Assembly: GCF_964355755.1 (NCBI RefSeq)
Contig: NC_092676.1
Coordinates: 1,245,788-1,309,787, forward strand
Direction: 5' to 3'
Source: Antedon mediterranea
Taxonomy: Eukaryota > Animalia > Echinodermata
Length of the DNA stretch: 64,000 nucleotides
The translations under genes were made by a program, and so were the position numbers. Below are positions 62,601 through 64,000 of this stretch, piece after piece (positions within the stretch are counted from its first letter, which is position 1; each line of letters begins with the position of its first letter). The notes beneath the pieces are model-generated. The model had not been told where the DNA came from. It saw only the letters and a list, made by a program, of their open reading frames with translations, and searched no databases.

Positions 62601-64000
62601 TTTGTTATGATCCACAGAACTTATAGTTGTATCAACAGCACAGTAATATTATTTTGAAATATCCTTACCTCTTACAGATCAAGGTCACGTTCTCCAAAAA
62701 GACGAAGGTCCCGTTCAAGGTCACGCTCACGAAAGCGTAGACGATCAAGATCCCGTAGTCGGTCCAGGAGATCCAAGCGATCACGGTCAAGAGACAGACG
62801 CGAGAGAAGAAGGGAAAGAGAAAAAGAAAAGGAGATACAACGAGAACGTGAAAAAAAAGGGCTGCCACCAATCAAAAAAGAGTATTTAAGTGGTGAGTAT
62901 GATTTGAATACTGTGGTATTTCAATTTCTTAAAATACTTTGTAAAAACTTGTTGAATAATGATATATTTTGGCTTATATCATGAATTCTTCTACTTTTTT
63001 TCTTTTGTTACCTTGCTTGGTCATAATAAACATGGTTTTTTTTTAGTTTGTACAAGAACAGTATGGTTAGGTCATGTACCAAAAAATATCCCAGAGAGTG
63101 AAATTCGAAATCTGATGGAAGAACACGGAGTGGTCAATTCCATTGATGTAAGACTCCTAATTATCTTGACTTTATATATTAATAGAGTCCTTTGATACTG
63201 TTTTTTACAGACTATTGTTATTATATTTTATTTTATATATTCATTCTGATGTTCAATTGGATCAATCACGAATACAAACACAGAAAAATACAAAGCAACT
63301 TATTTTCACTGATCCCTAAATGAACAGAATTGTAGAAAAAACATAAAAAATAAAACAAATATGTTACCCCCTTGAGATCCACTCTGAATAGACTACAGAC
63401 TTGTGATCATTAATTGGTGACACATCTATAAATTAAGGCGTGTGTTTTTACTGTATTGTAATAATTATCTCATCTTTTTCAGATGGTGCCCCCTCGGGGA
63501 TGCGCTTATGTGGTGATGGCTGAGAGAAAGGAAGCTTACAAAGCTATTAAGAGGATGGAAAAGGTTAAACTTGGTGGAATGACGCTTAAGGTAACACACT
63601 TAAGCATGTATTTTTTATTCAAAATTTGCAGTTTTTAAAACAAAGCCACCTTTATTCACCACTAAAGCGTGGTTCCCACTAGCGACGCAATGCAAGGACG
63701 TAACGCAACGCAAGTGAATTAACCAATCACAAGCGATGGCTTATTCGCTTGTGATTGCTAACTGTCTATAACTTCGCTTGTCATTGGTTAAAACGCTTGC
63801 GTTGCGTTTACGTCCTTGCGTTACGTTTTAGTGGGAACCAAGCATTAAGGTTGCCTTTACTCAATGGATTAGTACTAGGAAAAATCTATCTATAAACAAA
63901 TTGAATCGACCTAACAATGTCAAATAACCTTTGTTTTCCAGGTGGCATTTGCACCAGGGAAAGGAGTGAAGGGCAAGGAATACAAAGAAAATTGGGTTGT
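56609..64000 (+). CDS. SCAF4: SR-related CTD-associated factor (SCAF4/SCAF8 co-ortholog), 3' end outside the window: join(56609..56638,58272..58400,58760..59021,59556..59713,60260..60490,60975..61072,61623..61782,62264..62352,62678..62892,63047..63147,63483..63590,63942..>64000)
   Basis: CID domain (MDAVRTFNNELS..KPPISRAKMT..YKHVVQSVEKFIQKCRPEYKVPGLYVIDSIVRQSRHQFG..DVFAPRF..KIVRVLNLWQKNGVF), Q/P-rich linker with LLDDFDY, RS tract, REREKKGLPP, RRM (VCTRTVWLGHV..MVPPRGCAYV..VAFAPGKGVK). All junctions GT-AG and in phase. SCAF4 versus SCAF8 cannot be resolved; likely a pre-duplication gene. Confidence 0.95.
57107..57412. mobile_element. Family E copy in SCAF4/8 intron 1
   Basis: AGATGTATTGGCCCC...GGACAATATCT; internal similarity to the 42796 copy (GTCAAATTG..CCATTTATTTTGTC). 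Confidence 0.68.
58272..58400 (+). CDS. SCAF4: SCAF4/8 exon 2 (CID)
   Basis: ttcttgcag| ... AAG|gtatac; LSGVYECKPPISRAKMTAVTKSAIKSIKMYKHVVQSVEKFIQK. Confidence 0.93.
58760..59021 (+). CDS. SCAF4: SCAF4/8 exon 3 (CID)
   Basis: tctatttag| ... G|gtgagt; CRPEYKVPGLYVIDSIVRQ...LLDMANPENV. Confidence 0.94.
59556..59713 (+). CDS. SCAF4: SCAF4/8 exon 4
   Basis: tttttcag| ... GAA|gttagt; phase 1 to 0; EAPPEPVES...QNEE. Confidence 0.85.
60021..60137. mobile_element. MITE family B in SCAF4/8 intron 4
   Basis: Family TIRs with an internal deletion. Confidence 0.8.
60260..60490 (+). CDS. SCAF4: SCAF4/8 exon 5 (Q-rich)
   Basis: aatttttag| ... AAG|gtatgt; QQNQLQHLQQ...PQVFNK. Confidence 0.88.
60499..60638. 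mobile_element. MITE family B in SCAF4/8 intron 5
   Basis: Family TIRs; begins at intron position +9. Confidence 0.85.
60975..61072 (+). CDS. SCAF4: SCAF4/8 exon 6 (SLLDDFDYEDDD...)
   Basis: Weak acceptor gattgaag|, donor AA|gtaagt; carries the LLD.FDY motif and is needed to keep the frame into exon 7. Confidence 0.82.
61188..61453. mobile_element. Family E copy in SCAF4/8 intron 6
   Basis: TTAA-AGATTTATTGTCC ... GGGGACAATACATCT-TTAA. Confidence 0.75.
61623..61782 (+). CDS. SCAF4: SCAF4/8 exon 7 (P/Q/H-rich)
   Basis: atttttag| ... CAG|gtaaat; phase 2 to 0. Confidence 0.85.
61862..62006. mobile_element. MITE family B in SCAF4/8 intron 7
   Basis: Family TIRs and internal motifs. Confidence 0.82.
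62264..62352 (+). CDS. SCAF4: SCAF4/8 exon 8
   Basis: ctgtttgtag| ... AG|gtattg; PPEPSDMG...RSPRRRSHSR. Confidence 0.83.
62678..62892 (+). CDS. SCAF4: SCAF4/8 exon 9 (RS domain)
   Basis: ctcttacag| ... G|gtgagt; SRSRSPKRRRSRSRSRS...REREKKGLPPIKKEYLS. Confidence 0.92.
63047..63147 (+). CDS. SCAF4: SCAF4/8 exon 10 (RRM start)
   Basis: ttttttag| ... GAT|gtaaga; CTRTVWLGHVPKNIPESEIRNLMEEHGVVNSID. Confidence 0.9.
63483..63590 (+). CDS. SCAF4: SCAF4/8 exon 11 (RRM)
   Basis: tttttcag| ... AAG|gtaaca; MVPPRGCAYVVMAERKEAYKAIKRMEKVKLGGMTLK. Confidence 0.92.
63666..63844. mobile_element. MITE family A, 179 bp, in SCAF4/8 intron 11
   Basis: Same TIRs and internal sequence as the 9954 copy. Confidence 0.9.
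63942..64000 (+). CDS. SCAF4: SCAF4/8 exon 12 (truncated by window end)
   Basis: gttttccag|GTG GCA TTT GCA CCA GGG AAA GGA...; VAFAPGKGVKGKEYKENWV. Confidence 0.88.
   Translation, partial: MAFAPGKGVKGKEYKENWV

Noticed and set aside
62665-62875. Minus-strand ORFs (RD/LD-rich)
   Set aside because: Antisense shadows of the SCAF4/8 RS exon.

Overview
AT-rich, intron-containing eukaryotic DNA, inferred to be a bilaterian invertebrate (single SCAF4/8 gene, dense MITEs, CpG-rich intergenic DNA). The right end holds two head-to-head genes sharing a ~260-bp promoter. One is a complete GH99 endo-alpha-1,2-mannosidase (MANEA; minus strand, 3 coding exons, 446 aa). The other is a SCAF4/SCAF8-type CID-RS-RRM gene (plus strand, 12 exons visible, runs off the window end). 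Bases 1-53 kb carry no convincing protein-coding gene. They contain two degenerate tRNA-Trp copies, PIF/Harbinger-type MITEs (one nested), TTAA-TSD elements, LINE tails, minisatellites and enhancer-like blocks. The most unexpected element is an inverted pair of minimal hammerhead-ribozyme motifs at 13.4-13.6 kb, probably a Penelope-like remnant. TAGGCCTA-rich DNA marks promoter-proximal first introns and predicts another minus-strand first exon near 3.3 kb. No CRISPR or prokaryotic system is present, and most ORFs in the supplied track are spurious.
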